Source: the human T2T-CHM13v2.0 reference genome, Homo sapiens. From it: 64,000 nucleotides of DNA. Position numbers and translations under genes: made by a program. The stretch is from the NCBI RefSeq assembly GCF_009914755.1, contig NC_060925.1. One strand, written 5' to 3'. The notes below the pieces were generated by a model. The model was not told the origin of the DNA. It did not search any database and saw only the letters and a program-made list of their open reading frames with translations. Numbering within the stretch: position 1 is the stretch's first letter; each line of letters opens with the position of its first letter. Shown here piece after piece: positions 1-19,978 of this stretch.

Positions 1-948
1 CGCACCCGGCCCCTTCAAGCAAGTCTTCACACCAAATTAAGACCCACTAAAAAAACAAGTTTTAATGATCTAAGCCCTCAACCAGAATACATAAGAAATA
101 GACTCTTGGCGGTTTTTTAGGATAATCAGATCTCTATTTTGTTTCAACTCTTATAAATGAAAACTACCCAAAAAAATTAAAAAACATACTTTCCTGTCTC
201 AGAAAGCAATAATAAAAATAACTCAGTACTTTTTTTCCTTTGTTCTAAAATTTTAACCTATCTCAGCTTCCTCATTTTAAACATTTAGACTTGGTTTAAT
301 AAGCTTCACTAAGTCCTGCAGCTAGTGTTACGAAATTACAGCATTTTCTATTTTCAATGTAATATTTTATATCCCACAAAAATTTCATTTTTTGGTCATA
401 TTCTTCATAACTAAAACTGAAATATTATTTGCGTTTTTGGCTTGAATATCAAATACTGGCACAGATAATGTATGTTATGACCTCCTAAACCTTCCTTTTG
501 AAAAATAATTCCTATAAAACTGCTTGGTTTCATGCTTTTTCTCCCAAAAGAAATATCCAGCCAAAGGACGAATTCCAGCTAACTGAAGGTTCCAGTTAAC
601 CGAGTGAATGCTCTAAAATTGGAATATATTCAAAATTGTTCGTATTTTATTATTTCTTCAGCAGTTATAGGTCTCCTTTGAGAAATAAATGTTATTTACT
701 TTCAGTATTAAAAATGTTAGACTATGGGTAATACTGAGGTCTATATTCGAACGACTTTTTTCCACATCGTTACTTCTGAAAAAACGAGGTAACAAATTAA
801 GAAACCATCTTCCCAAAAAAGCTGAAAATTATAGTATTTTTAAAGGGACTAACAGGGGTAGCCACAGAGCTACAGCCTTCAAAGGCTGAGACAGAGTTTC
901 ATGATCTAATATCCCCAATACTGCAACCAACAGAATTGATCCTTGAAC

Positions 949-1091
949 TTTTTTTTTTTTTTTGGTATTTTTGTAGTGACAAGGTTTCACCATGTTGCCC
1001 AGGCTAGTCTCAAACTCCTGGGCTCAAACAATCTGCCTGCCTAGTTCTCCCAAAGTGCTGGAATTACAGGGGTGAGCCACCGAGGCTGGCC
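949..1091 (-). mobile_element. Alu left-arm/FLAM-like monomer
   Basis: Alu motifs, poly-T, flanked by repeated gatccttgaa. Confidence 0.85.
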
Positions 1092-1118
1092 CCATGATCC
1101 TTGAAAATTTACCCACTA

Positions 1119-1479
<361 letters not shown>

Positions 1480-1559
1480 CTATGTAATTTTTTTCAGTAT
1501 ATAGCATTTATCTGTAAAGTGAAAATTAGGATGCAAAGCTACTACGCTGTCTAAACTGA

Positions 1560-1850
1560 AATGCTGTTATCCATCCACCCATTCATTCATTCAATCACAC
1601 AATACTGGCATGCCTCTGGTGTGCTGGTGACGGGAAACATATGCAAAGCAGATACCCTTCCATCTTGGGGCATATGTTCTACTGAGGGGAAACAGACGAT
1701 AAACAATTCAATAAGTAAACAACAAGGCATGTTAGAATGGGCTAAGTGCTATGCAAAAAGAAAAAGTGTTGCAGGGAAACAGGATTTAGGGGTTCAGGAA
1801 GAGAAATTATTTCAAATAGGATGGTGAGCGGAGGTCTCACTAAGCCTATG
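1560..1850 (-). mobile_element. LINE-2 3' fragment
   Basis: cattcattcattca terminus with L2-like body. Confidence 0.55.
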
Positions 1851-1996
1851 TGCAAATGGAAAAGTAACAGTGAATTTTATGTATTAAGTGGCTTCGAAAT
1901 GCATTACATGGTTGCATTTTTTAAATATTCATATAAGCTTTCTATTTTCTCTGCTTCACTGTTCTATTTCCCGATCTCCATGAAGAAGGCAGGTAG

Positions 1997-2349
<353 letters not shown>

Positions 2350-4349
2350 TCTACTCAATGTTTTTTGAGAACTACAGCTATAATTAAAATAAAATTTGAG
2401 GATCTCTACAAAACTAAGAGTCAAGATGCAATTTATATTAGAAAATCTATCATTTTCTGCAGCAGTCTGTACGTAATCTAACATTAACAATGATTAAAGG
2501 TAGCTACAGCATGAACAGGAGTTCATGTCGTACTGCCTTACAGCCGTAAAAAATTCAATTAGTTGAAATGATCTCTTAAAACGAGCCCACAGAGTGTCTC
2601 CAAACTGTAAATTTACATATGAAATTCACTTGTAATATTTCAAAATGAAATTGTTTATTAGCATTTCGTGTAATTCCAAGACATTTTCTAACTTGCAACC
2701 TGAAAAAAATGCATACGAATAACTGATGTGTAAAATGTCTTTATTCCGAAGACTAAGAATCTTGAACTACTGTAACTGCACCAAGAAAAACTTAGAGAAA
2801 GCAAATTACAAATGACTCAACTAGTCAACACACCTTTCACACAAGATTTCTGTCGGTCTCAGGTAATGAAGATATTCAAAGTTGAAATGTATGCTGTTTA
2901 AGTAACCAAGGCAATTAAATAATGACTAACAAATGTAGGTGCTATTTAAGAAAGCACCAATTTTAAAAAGAAATGGTATCACTGACTAAATATACTTAAA
3001 CTGTTCCCAAAATACCCAATCCAAGCACATATTTTTAAAATGTGTGGGTTTTCCCCAAGAGAAGCAAAACTTTTGACATTTCTCTTGGATATATTAGAGT
3101 TTCAGACCTCCAACCCACATCTGGAAAGAACATTTCAAACTTAGCTTGATGTTACTTTTAAAAATCAAATGGCCAGCAATGAGATACTTAGTGACTAAGA
3201 TCTGAATTTGACAGAGTCAACAGAATGTTAGAAATGAAATAAAAGAAGTATTCAAAGTTTATCATCCTCGATGTTTAGAAAGGAACATGGAACAAAAGAT
3301 GCATTTGCCGCCTCTGCCCTTTAATTCGTGAACACCATACTTCTCTCCTTATGTCACGCCAGGGAAGGGAAAATAAGAATTTTTAAAAAGCTTGCTAAAT
3401 TCAAATATGACCATTTCATCTAGATTTCTATCAATCCTCCTCCCCAAAATTTCTTTTGATTAAAAAAAAATCAGAACAACAGATTTAAGCCTACAGTAGA
3501 TTCTACAGACTACACCTAGATTACTCTGCTCTAAGGCCAAGGAAAATGTTTACGATTTCAAGATCCACTCAGAAGCAAATACTGTATCTGCAATGCGTAA
3601 GCTTTTCGTTGGCAAGACCAGTCAATAGCAGAGGCATGCAAGGTTTAAAAGGTTAAGTGGATGAAGGTTAAAAGCTAATAATAAATTAGCCAAGAAATAC
3701 TACTTCCCACCGAGCCATAAAATAATTTCGGTCCTACAATCCTAAAAAACCAGAGAGGTTTCTCGTTTTTGTAGAGAACATCTAACCCTCCACGGTCTAA
3801 ATGACCGTCAGAAAAACAGCACCAAGGCACCAGGGGTAGCAGAGACGGAGATTTCTAACACTGGGTGAGCCCGCGGTCGCAAATCTCATCGCGATTTCAC
3901 CTTTGGGTGAAAAGGTGGGAGGGAAGCACTAAGTTTCAGCCTCGGCTCCACTGGAAACAGACAACGTCTGAAGGACTCTGGGAGGAGGCGGAAAGGGGCG
4001 AAGTCGTGGTGTCCGCGGTGCAGCAACACAGAATCGGGATCTTGGAAACGGGATGCGGAGGAGTGGGCTCTTATGTAAGCACACACCAAAACTGTGCGTG
4101 CACCCCCCGCCTGATGCACATCTGAGCACACGTACACAGAGCATCTCACCCAGGGGTGCAGCCCCAGCCTGCGTGCGCCGCTGAGCAGGGCGGACTGACC
4201 CTTCGGCCCGTCTGCACGTTCCCCCAAATCAGCGCAGCCACCACCATGGGCTGCAGTGGGGGCAGCCCAGGCTCAGGAGCCCCGCCCGGGACGGAGCCTG
4301 GCTTCCCCGGGACGCCTGCAGCGCGCGCCCACAGTCTCCTGCGCCCTGG

Positions 4350-4530
4350 CCCCGGCTCCGCGAGCCCGACCCCCAACCCGAACCCCACGCCCTGACCCGG
4401 CTCCCTGCGCTCGGACCCGACTCCCCGCATCCCGGCTCGAATCCCGGCATCCGGCCCTACTCCCGCACCCGGACCCGAATCCCCGCACCGGGACCCGAAT
4501 CCTGCACCCGGACCCGAATCCCGCACCGAC
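4350..4530. repeat. Degenerate ~20-bp GC-rich minisatellite (CCCGCACCCGGACCCGAAT-like) at the start of CLSTN1 intron 1
   Basis: Repeated units visible, best conserved at about 4461-4527. Confidence 0.8.
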
Positions 4531-4560
4531 CCAGCGGCCCGGCCCAGCCCCGGGGCTTAC

Positions 4561-4651
4561 CTCGCGCGGCCCAGACCCCGCCGCCGCACAGCAGCCCGGC
4601 CAGCAGCAGCCGGGCGGCCGGGGCCAGCGCGGGAGCGGGGCGGCGCAGCAT
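4561..4651 (-). CDS. CLSTN1: Calsyntenin-1 coding exon 1 (signal peptide MLRRPAPALAPAARLLLAGLLCGGGVWAAR + 1 nt); gene continues off the left edge
   Basis: ATG at 4651; translation matches the CLSTN1 N-terminus; canonical donor GAG|GTAAG at 4561/4560; 91 nt, phase 1. Confidence 0.96.
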
Positions 4652-4780
4652 CGCCAGCCCGGGGCGGGAGCGGCAGGGAGGCGCGCGGGACGCCGAGCGG
4701 AGCTCTCGGAGCTCTCGGGGCTCTAGGGGCCTGGGGCCAGCTGCTCCGCGGCGCGGGGAGCTCCGGGGGTCCAAGGAGGA

Positions 4781-4798
4781 GCCGCCGCCGCCGCCGCC
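4781..4798 (-). repeat. (GGC)6 trinucleotide repeat upstream of the CLSTN1 ATG
   Basis: gccgccgccgccgccgcc on the + strand. Confidence 0.9.
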
Positions 4799-4878
4799 GT
4801 GACGCTGGGCCGCGCGCTCAGGACGCGGCGCCCTCCCCGCCTCAGAGCAGCGTCTTGCTGAAGGCAGCGGCAGCAACT

Positions 4879-4889
4879 AAGATGGCGGC
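4879..4889 (+). promoter_or_regulatory. YY1-type motif AAGATGGCGGC
   Basis: Matches the YY1 consensus core, inside the CpG island. Confidence 0.6.
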
Positions 4890-7800
4890 GGCGCTCTCTC
4901 TCGGGTCCGGCGAGGGTACCCGGCCGGGGGCGGGGTGGCGGCGGGAGGGGCGGGGATGGGGAGCGACGCGAGGCGCGCGCGCGGCGGACCCTGGGAGCGC
5001 GCGGGCCCGGGAGGGGCGGGGGAGAGGAGCGGAGGGAGCGCGCGCGGCGGACCCGGCAGCGGGCGCGCGCCTCCGAGCCCGTCGGCCCCGCCTGGAGCGC
5101 GCGCCCGCGGGGACGCGCCTGGGGTGGGTTCCGAGCGGCCGGGAGGGGCCCGGGGGACTGTATCCCTTTCCCTGGCCGCAGATGGAGAGCCTCAACTCCG
5201 CGTCCCTACGCGCGCTCCCGGGCTCCTAAGGCCGGGTGAGCGGTACCCGGGGACCCGCTCCTCCTTCTCCACCCCGAGGACTCATCCTTCCCACCCGCTC
5301 CGCCGAGGAGCGCAGACCCCGGCGGAGCAGTGCGGCCCAGGACCCTTGTCACTTCGGGCAGGTCGCGTCGCCCCCCAGAACCTCGGGGTCCTCGTCTCCC
5401 CAGTAGAGGTGTTGAGAGGGGTCACGAAAGGGGGTCCAGGAGACGAGGTCAGCGAAACGCGCCTGGTAAACAGTTAAGGGCCGCGCAGCACTACCCACAC
5501 CGGCTCCCGCCCCGGGACCTGCCCCCGGGGAGTCTGTCCTGAATTCACTGAAGGAATCTATTTGTGACTTTCAAAAGGCGGCTGGTGTGCGCGCTCTTTC
5601 TCAGTGACATGGTGCGATGCTGGTTCTTAGAAATGCGGAGGTCCGAATGGATAGAGAGGACAGAGAAGCCCTCCCCCTCTACCGTGGATCCCTACAGGGA
5701 TCTTGGGGTCCTCCCAATTTCCCAGCGTCCAGCGGCCCCCTCCTCCTCGCCTCTGGACCCCTGGCACCCCCCCGCAGTGGAGGAAAGGCCTGGAACAGCC
5801 GTGGATGGGCGTGTGTGCAGGCACTGTACCCTATGAGACACTACTGGCTCCATTTTGCAGATAAGGAAACTAAGTCAGAAAGGTGAAATGACTTCCCCCG
5901 TTGGGACAACTATTGTAAAAAGAATCAGCCCTCAAGGACAGGATGTTCGCATTAGGGGGACACCAACAGCAAAAAGTGGAACCCTAAAATGTTCATTTTT
6001 CGAGACCGCTGGAGGAGCTATCCATGAATGTCACTGCTCCAGGTGGGGGTGGAGGAGGCTGGCAGCACTGGAGGCTGGGTGGAGACTGGTTTGTGGGGCG
6101 CAGAGGACTTATTTAGGAGACTAGTGGGCAAAGAGCCCAAAAACGTAGACTGAGGTCAGATTGGGGGAATGGACTTGATCCTACAGTCAACAGGAAGACC
6201 TGGAACGGCTGGGAACAGCGGTGTGATGTGACCTGGGGAAGGCTTCAAAAGCAATCTGGAATCCAACTCCCTGAGCCGTGTTCCCCGTAAGCGTCCTGCA
6301 CCAAAGCCTACAGATTCCATCTTGTTAATGTCTCTCCTTCCTTCCCCTGCTCCCCCTCCCCTGCGTGGAGGAAGACCGGACTCTCCTTGGCTGGACCCTT
6401 CCCAAAGCACCTGCCTGGCCCGGGCAGGCTCCAAGCCACACCCACCACTCCTTCCAGCCAAGGCTTTGAGTCATCCTCTCCCCTGGTGACGGGTGTTGCC
6501 ATTGCTTCTGCCCCTCCTGGAGTTATAAACTCAGTGAGTGCCTCCCTGCTGCCACCTCGTCAGGTCCAGACATCTCTGCTGGGCTTCCCATCCTCCACCC
6601 AGCTGACCTCAGGGCATGCTGTCTGCCACTGTCTCTTCTTATTCATTCCCCTCCCAGGGCCAACATCACACTTCCTCCTCCACCCATACCCAAGCCTCAG
6701 GTCCTTACAAGGAGCTTCTGGGCTGTCTCCTTCAGGAAGTCCTCCTGCCAGCCCTCCCTCTCCAGCCCCGAGCTGCTCTAACCAAACAGTTCAGCTTTAT
6801 AATCTGCTGCCTGTGCTGTCGACTGACTAATCCATCAGTGTCCTTTTCTCCTCCCCACTGTATTCTAGTGGGAAGGACCCAGATGGTCTAGTCAGACGGG
6901 ACTGGACTTCAGTGCTGGCCTCTGCAAATGCAAACGACCTTGGCCAGGTTATGGAACTTTCAGAATCTCCTCACCTGCGAAATGGAACAATATGTACTTC
7001 TTAGAGTTGTGAGAATTAAATGAAATGATGCCACATAGATCTAGAAATACCAGGCTTTATGTGGCAAATAAATGAAAGTGCCACATAGAGCCTGGTGTTT
7101 CTAGATACATGAGTTTCTTTTTCCCTTCAAGAAGAAGGCTTCTGTGCTTCTAGTATACCAGCGATCAGAGTAGGTACTCAATAAATAGTGATGAACTCAA
7201 TGAATTGCTGAGTTAGGTTTTATTATTATGGAGCTCACATCTCAGAGGGTGAAAAAAGATGTACCCTGTAGATTTCCAGGGACCTTCGAGATTTGCAAAA
7301 CATAAAATCGGAAAGGTATAATCTCAGAACTATGTTTTCAGTCCATAGACTGATGATGCCAAAAGGGGAAATTTAATGTGTTCAGTTCTATTAAAAACAC
7401 AAACAAAAGCTCTTCAGTGTCTGGAATCCTGATCCCTTTATCTTCTCACCCTTACTGTCCCTTAAAGAAACAGAGATAGGTCAAAAAGATCCAGCGTCAG
7501 GTGGGGCAGATAGACGGCTTGGTGAGCTCAGTGCAACCTGCACCTGCTGGGATTTCACCCACATGAGAGTGAGTCCAGCTTGAAAGTCTCGGAAACGGGG
7601 GAACCAGTAAACTCAGTTTCTGCTCTGCCTGACAATAGCCTCAGCCACATTGGCACATTTCAAAGGTTTCCCCCATGATGGATTAGTTAATCCTCCAAAT
7701 GGCCCTGAGACAGGGATCGATTCAGGCTTATGCTATGGTTAGCTGGGAGAGGGGCCTTGCCTGAGCTGAGCCAGCCACTGACAAAGTGGCAGCATCAGAG

Positions 7801-8026
7801 GCCCTGGAGCCATGGGGAATGAGGCATCACCCAGGCCCATCCTGAACTGGGAACATAGACTTGAGGATAAGGAGGTGACTTTGTTAGCTAGTGGAGGAAG
7901 ATCTGTACTTTTGAATGTATAGTGACTCTATCTGAGACAGTAGATGAAGCGCACACAAGAAAATTTTCCAAGATGCTGCACCTTCTGAGATGACTGTTGC
8001 TGATACCATATCACAATAACATATCA

Positions 8027-8362
<336 letters not shown>

Positions 8363-9217
8363 AGGTACTTTTATTGTTCCTATTTTACAGATGAGGAAAA
8401 TACCAAATTTGCTCCAGAGTACATTGCTAGAAAGTTGGATCCCTGAGATTCAATTTCATGTCCATCTGAACCCAAAACGGTGACTTAGCCTCAGTGTGAA
8501 ATTACCCCACAGATACCAAAATAACCCCTGCACAGGATTCCACAGCTTGGAGTCAGCCTGCTCCCCAACAGTGAGAAGGTGGGGCTTCGAGCAAGCCCTG
8601 GCTTTGCCACCTCCGACTGTTGAGGCCGATCTCAAGCCTGGACTTCCTCACCGGGGACATGAGTTCCCCGGCCCGGAGTTGCGGTGAGGATGAAATGAGA
8701 TCACATGCAGGAAAGCTCTTAGGCAGCAATGCGGAGCCGCGGAGCCATTCTCAGGCGGGCGTGTTACTACTGTTTTGCACAGTGTGGGCTTGGCGGGTGT
8801 TTGTGGAGCGGAGCCGGAGGCAGGTAAGCAGTTATTATAGCCGCTTTCCTAATAATGTGCTCGGGAACAAACCCACTTGAAAGCGGCAGCAGGAGAAGGT
8901 TATGAGAATCTTGATGAAAGCAGCTGATTAGAAACTCCTGGAAGTTCTTTACTGAAAGAACCGCAGCACCCAGAACCACCACCAGGGTCCCCCTCAGAAC
9001 CCCAGAAATTACAAGGTGTGGCCTCATCTCTGTGTTCTCGTGTGCCGGCCAGGTCATTTTGTTGCTGTTAAAAGGGATAATTAACGAGAAGGAAAATGAT
9101 GCTGTGCTTAGGAGCAAGGACTCTGGTTGGACAGAATGGTGCAAATCCATTTCTGTCCACTTCCTTCCTTTTGGTAAAATTTCAATTTAATTTTGCTTTA
9201 TAGTATATTAAATATTT

Positions 9218-10137
<920 letters not shown>

Positions 10138-10394
10138 TCAGAGAAGTCTAGATCTATTCCTGTTTCCTCCTCCCTATATCCTCCTTCCTTTATAGGTTAC
10201 CATTTCTTCTATTTTTAGTTTATATTTCCATTGTGTTTCTTTTTTTTAAGTACAAGCAAATAGTTGTATATATGTCTTTCCCTTTTCTTAGCTAAAAGGC
10301 AGCAAATCATACCTGCTACTCTGTATCTTGCCTTTTTTACTTCATAAAACATCCTGGAGATCATACCATTGCAGTATGTAGTACAAACAGTCTT

Positions 10395-11022
10395 TTTTTA
10401 AAAAAAAAAAAAAAAAAAAAACAGGGTCTTGTTCTGTCACCCAGGCTGGAGTACAGTGGTGATCATTGATCATAGCTCACTGCAGCCTCAAACTCCTGGA
10501 CTCAAGCGATCCTCCTGCCTCAGCCTCCTGACTCACTGGGACTTCAGGTGTGCAACCCCCACACCCGGCTCAGCATTTGTTTTCCTAGCTTCGTAGTGCT
10601 GTCCCGCGTGGACTTAGCAGAGTTTATTTAATCAGTGCCCCTTATTGAGGAATATTTTTCCCCTGTTGATGGGTCGTTTCCAATTTTTTGTTTTTATGGA
10701 ATGCTGCAGTGAAGCCTTTTTTTTTTTTTTTTTTTTTTGAGACGCAGTCTCGCTCTGTTGGCCATGCTGGAGTGCAGCGGCGTGATCTTGGCTCACTGCA
10801 ACCTCTGCCTCCCGGGTTCAAGTGAGCGATTCTCTTGCCTCAGCCTCCCGAGTAGCTGGGACTACAGGCACGCGCCACCACACCCAGCTAATTTTTGTAT
10901 TTTTAGTAGAGACGGGGTTTCACCATGTTGGCCAGGTTGATCTCAAACTCTTGACTTCGTGATCCGCCCGCCTCAGCCTCCCAAAGTGCTGGGATCACAG
11001 GTGTGAGCCACCGCGCCCGGCC
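10395..11022 (-). mobile_element. AluJ right arm (~10395-10570) and AluS (~10717-11022)
   Basis: Alu motifs; tgcagtgaagcc TSD around the second element. Confidence 0.88.
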
Positions 11023-11323
11023 TGCAGTGAAGCCTTTTTGTACCTTTTGCCATTTTTGCCTCTTTCTACCTGTGTGACCTTGGGTAAGGCCCTTCACCTC
11101 TCCAATCTCAGCATCTCCATCTGTAAAACAGAGACAAGCCCTCCCCACTGGGTGGTTGTGAGGAACAGATGAGGTGATGTGCAAAAAGCAGAGCACAGGG
11201 CCCATTCCTAGAAGCAGGTGTTAACCAGCACCTGCTGTTACTAGCACCCATTATTGTTCATGGCTAGGAGCCTTAAGCTACTGTGGCAGTGGCAGCAACC
11301 CTAACTTAAGAAGGGGCACTTCA

Positions 11324-11828
<505 letters not shown>

Positions 11829-12606
11829 TAATGCTCTCTATGGCTCTCCATTTGCAAAGGAAGAACTAAGGGCATTCCCAAGCATGAAGCATCAGCTATT
11901 GCTGGCTGGTGAATTTCCAGAGAAAGAAAACCTCACCTTCCCCAGAGGCCAGGCAGCTCATGTCTGCACCCCGAAAGGTGGGATGAGGATTGGGGTTTTG
12001 TGCTCATGCTGCCTCCCACTGCAAAACCAAAGGCAACACACAGCATGTTCCCCTTCCCTCTGTGGATGGGCAGCTGGGGGAGGTCCCTTGTGTGTGTGTG
12101 TGGTGGTGGGGAGGCGGCGGCTATTTTATTCTGCAGCACGAATTATACACCCCAACGCAATATACAGCACACACAACATGTAGGCAAACGTGATCCCTAG
12201 CCTCTGGGGATACACAAGCCAAACACGACATGCCTATCCACACATAGCACCCCAGTGCCAAGAGAATGGGCTGGGTTTGCAGGGAGGAGCAAGAGAGGAG
12301 GGAAAGCCTGAGGCAGAAGGGTCACGGCTTCCCCTACACTGCAGAGGAAATGGCACAGAGAAAACAGCACCAAGCTTAGAGTCAGGAGACCTGGGTTCTA
12401 TCCATAGCTCTATCATAATATGTTGGAACTGGGGGAGGCTGTTGGGTAAGGTGGTTAAAAAACAAAAAAAAAGGAGGAATGTCTTATATGGCCTTGATTC
12501 AAATAGACTTCGGTTCCAGTTACTAGCAGAAAAGACCAGACAACCTGATCACTCTGAGCTTCAGTTTCCTCACCTGTAAAATGGGCAAAATAATAATACC
12601 TCCTTG

Positions 12607-14560
<1,954 letters not shown>

Positions 14561-14879
14561 TCAGATGAGGCTTCTCTGGCTTTTTGGTGCTTTTTCCTTG
14601 ACCTTGAAGCTCCCTAGGCCAGAAAACTGCAGTAAAAATCAGAGCCAGACTTCAGGACGTCTAGTCCTCTCCAGCCCCCCGCTCATGTAGTTGTTTGCAG
14701 ACACAGCTCTTTTTCCTCCTTCCTCTTCTGGGTGACAGGGATTAACACCCACCCCACCCCTAGAGATCTAGAAATACAAATACAGCCCACACATTGTTCT
14801 GTGGGCTAGCCCTCCAGGAAACAATCTACATTCATTTCTGATTTCATGCTGGTAGCAATCCCATGCAATGAATACTATT

Positions 14880-16090
<1,211 letters not shown>

Positions 16091-18104
16091 TTATAAAAAA
16101 CAGCAACAACACAACACATGAAATGCAGGTGTCCGAGGTGTCCAGCCCACTGCGAGTGCTCAGTGAACGGTGGCTCTCATTCTAGCTAGGACCGTTACTG
16201 GGCATCCCACAACCCCCAGGGCATGGACAGGGTAGATGTGGCTGACCCTCCTCCTCTCCTCTGCCCTCTACCTGGCCAAATCCTTCTAGTTCTTTGAGTC
16301 ACTGAGGACTGAGTCCCTGGGTCTCTGATGAGGGAGACCCAGCTAGGTGCCTTCCTCCCAGAGCCTACCCTCCCTGTGGACCTGACCCACGCCCCCAGGC
16401 ATCTCCAGATGCCTGATCTGGGGCCCAGAACGTCCCAGCAAGCCTTGTTGACAAGGGCCTGCCACTGCCCCATTCCCTGTCCAGCCTGCGGGAAAAGCTG
16501 CGAAGGAAACGCTTACCCAGGGAGGGACGTCTCTGCTTCTACTCCTGTGTGCACCCCGCTGCCAGGGACCCCCCAAGGCCTCTGCTTTCCAGTTCCCCTT
16601 GGGCCTGAAGGGGCAGCAGGAGGGAGGGTGATTCCTGCCTCCTCTCCCTTCTCGCTCAGCCGGCCTCATTGAAGTTGCAGCGCTGGGACTTTGATCATCA
16701 GAGGGCATTGATTTAGGGGATGCAAATGAGAAGACTGCCGGTCTGAGGAAGACAGGCTTCTCCCCTGACAGCCAGTGGATGGGGCTCCGAGAATTCTCAA
16801 TGAGCCTCCCTGCAGCTGGCTTAGCAGGAGCCAGGGAGGAGCCCGGAGCAGCCTGGGAAAGGCAGGGAGGCAAACTGGAAGTGCGCTGGAGCAACATGGG
16901 CCCCTCCCACTCTGCCCAGACCACGGGAAGTAGGGATGACCTAGTGGCCCGGAGAGGGGTGGTGTGGAGGAGTCTGTGAATCTCCTTCCTCCCCTGGTCC
17001 TTGGCAGCACAGGCCCAGCTTGGAGCTGTGCCGAGTGGGTGAAGAAAGACCACCTGAGCTGCAGGCTGAAGCCTCATTCTGTCCCTGGTCTGCTGCAGCC
17101 AAGCCAGGGAGCTGAAGGAGGAGGCAGATGGGCAGGCCGAGGGCAAGGAGCCTCCACACATGGTGGAGGGCGGGGGAGGCTCTGCCTGGTGCCAGCGCTG
17201 GGCAGGAGGTGCTGCATGTTAAGATCACAGCTAGTGCCAGCTTCCAGGCCTGAGCAGGCCACCTTCCAGCTGCAGGAGGCAAGCACGGGCAGGACAGTCT
17301 CCAGATAGCCTGTCTCTGGGGCCATGGAAACACAGAGCACTCAGGCCTGCTGCTGAGACGGGCACCAGGAAGAAGGGACATGAGCATTGTGCTACAGCAT
17401 TTGGCCATCTGCCCCTGGACCTGTCTGCCACTCTAGGGATGAGGAGAGATGGCAGCCCTGAGCGTCATGTCTCCAAAGCCAACCCAGACCTGCCCCAGGG
17501 CCCCCAAATAGTCCTCACCTGTATGTGAGTCACACCGTGCCACAGAGAACAACCCCCAGAGCACCTGAATCACTTCCTCCCTGCGCCAGGTGTCTGCCAA
17601 GGCCCCAGTCAGGCTGCCACAGTGTCAGGACTTGCAGAAGGCTCTGGAAACCTCGCTTCTGCAGCCTGAAGCTAAGAGGCCCTTGGACACCTTTATCTTG
17701 CCTCTAGCCAAAAAGGCCAGGCTTTGGTGCCTGGCTCTGGACAGGATCCAACCAGGGTGCCCCACTGTCTTATCCGTCCCCTCCTCTGAGCCTCCCCCGG
17801 AGATTTGCCCTGAGCAGGATGAAGGGGAAACGGATGGGAATTTGTTCATCTTTGCTAATTTGAAAAGGGGCATAAACAGTGGAGCTCCGTTGCAAGGCTC
17901 TGCAGAGGGTGTGGTTTAGGTCCAATTATGTGCGATTAGTGGATTTGTTCTTTGTTCTGTGGCATATTAATTGCAGATCTGGTATTCTGGCAATTAACAC
18001 AATTATGGGGTCCGTTTCTCTTCCGGCAGGTCGTAAGCCACATGCTTTCGGCCAGGGAGTTCGAGCTGGTGAGAGGGAGGGGGATACCCGTGAGGAGAAT
18101 GTCC

Positions 18105-19978
<1,874 letters not shown>

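Larger units (their letters stand above)
3860..5600. promoter_or_regulatory. CLSTN1: CpG island and CLSTN1 promoter with GC boxes and G-quadruplex-prone tracts
   Basis: Very high GC and CpG density against AT-rich flanks; GGGCGGGG Sp/KLF boxes near 4928, 4947 and 5014; surrounds exon 1. Confidence 0.92.

Noticed and set aside
4146-4526. Repetitive ORFs (DSGPGAG)n resembling a repeat protein or a CRISPR-like array
   Set aside because: Translation of an intronic minisatellite; no unique spacers, and the context is eukaryotic
16343-17161. Longest ORF in the track (272 aa, minus strand)
   Set aside because: Non-ATG start, no recognisable domain, GC-rich DNA with several overlapping open frames; expected by chance
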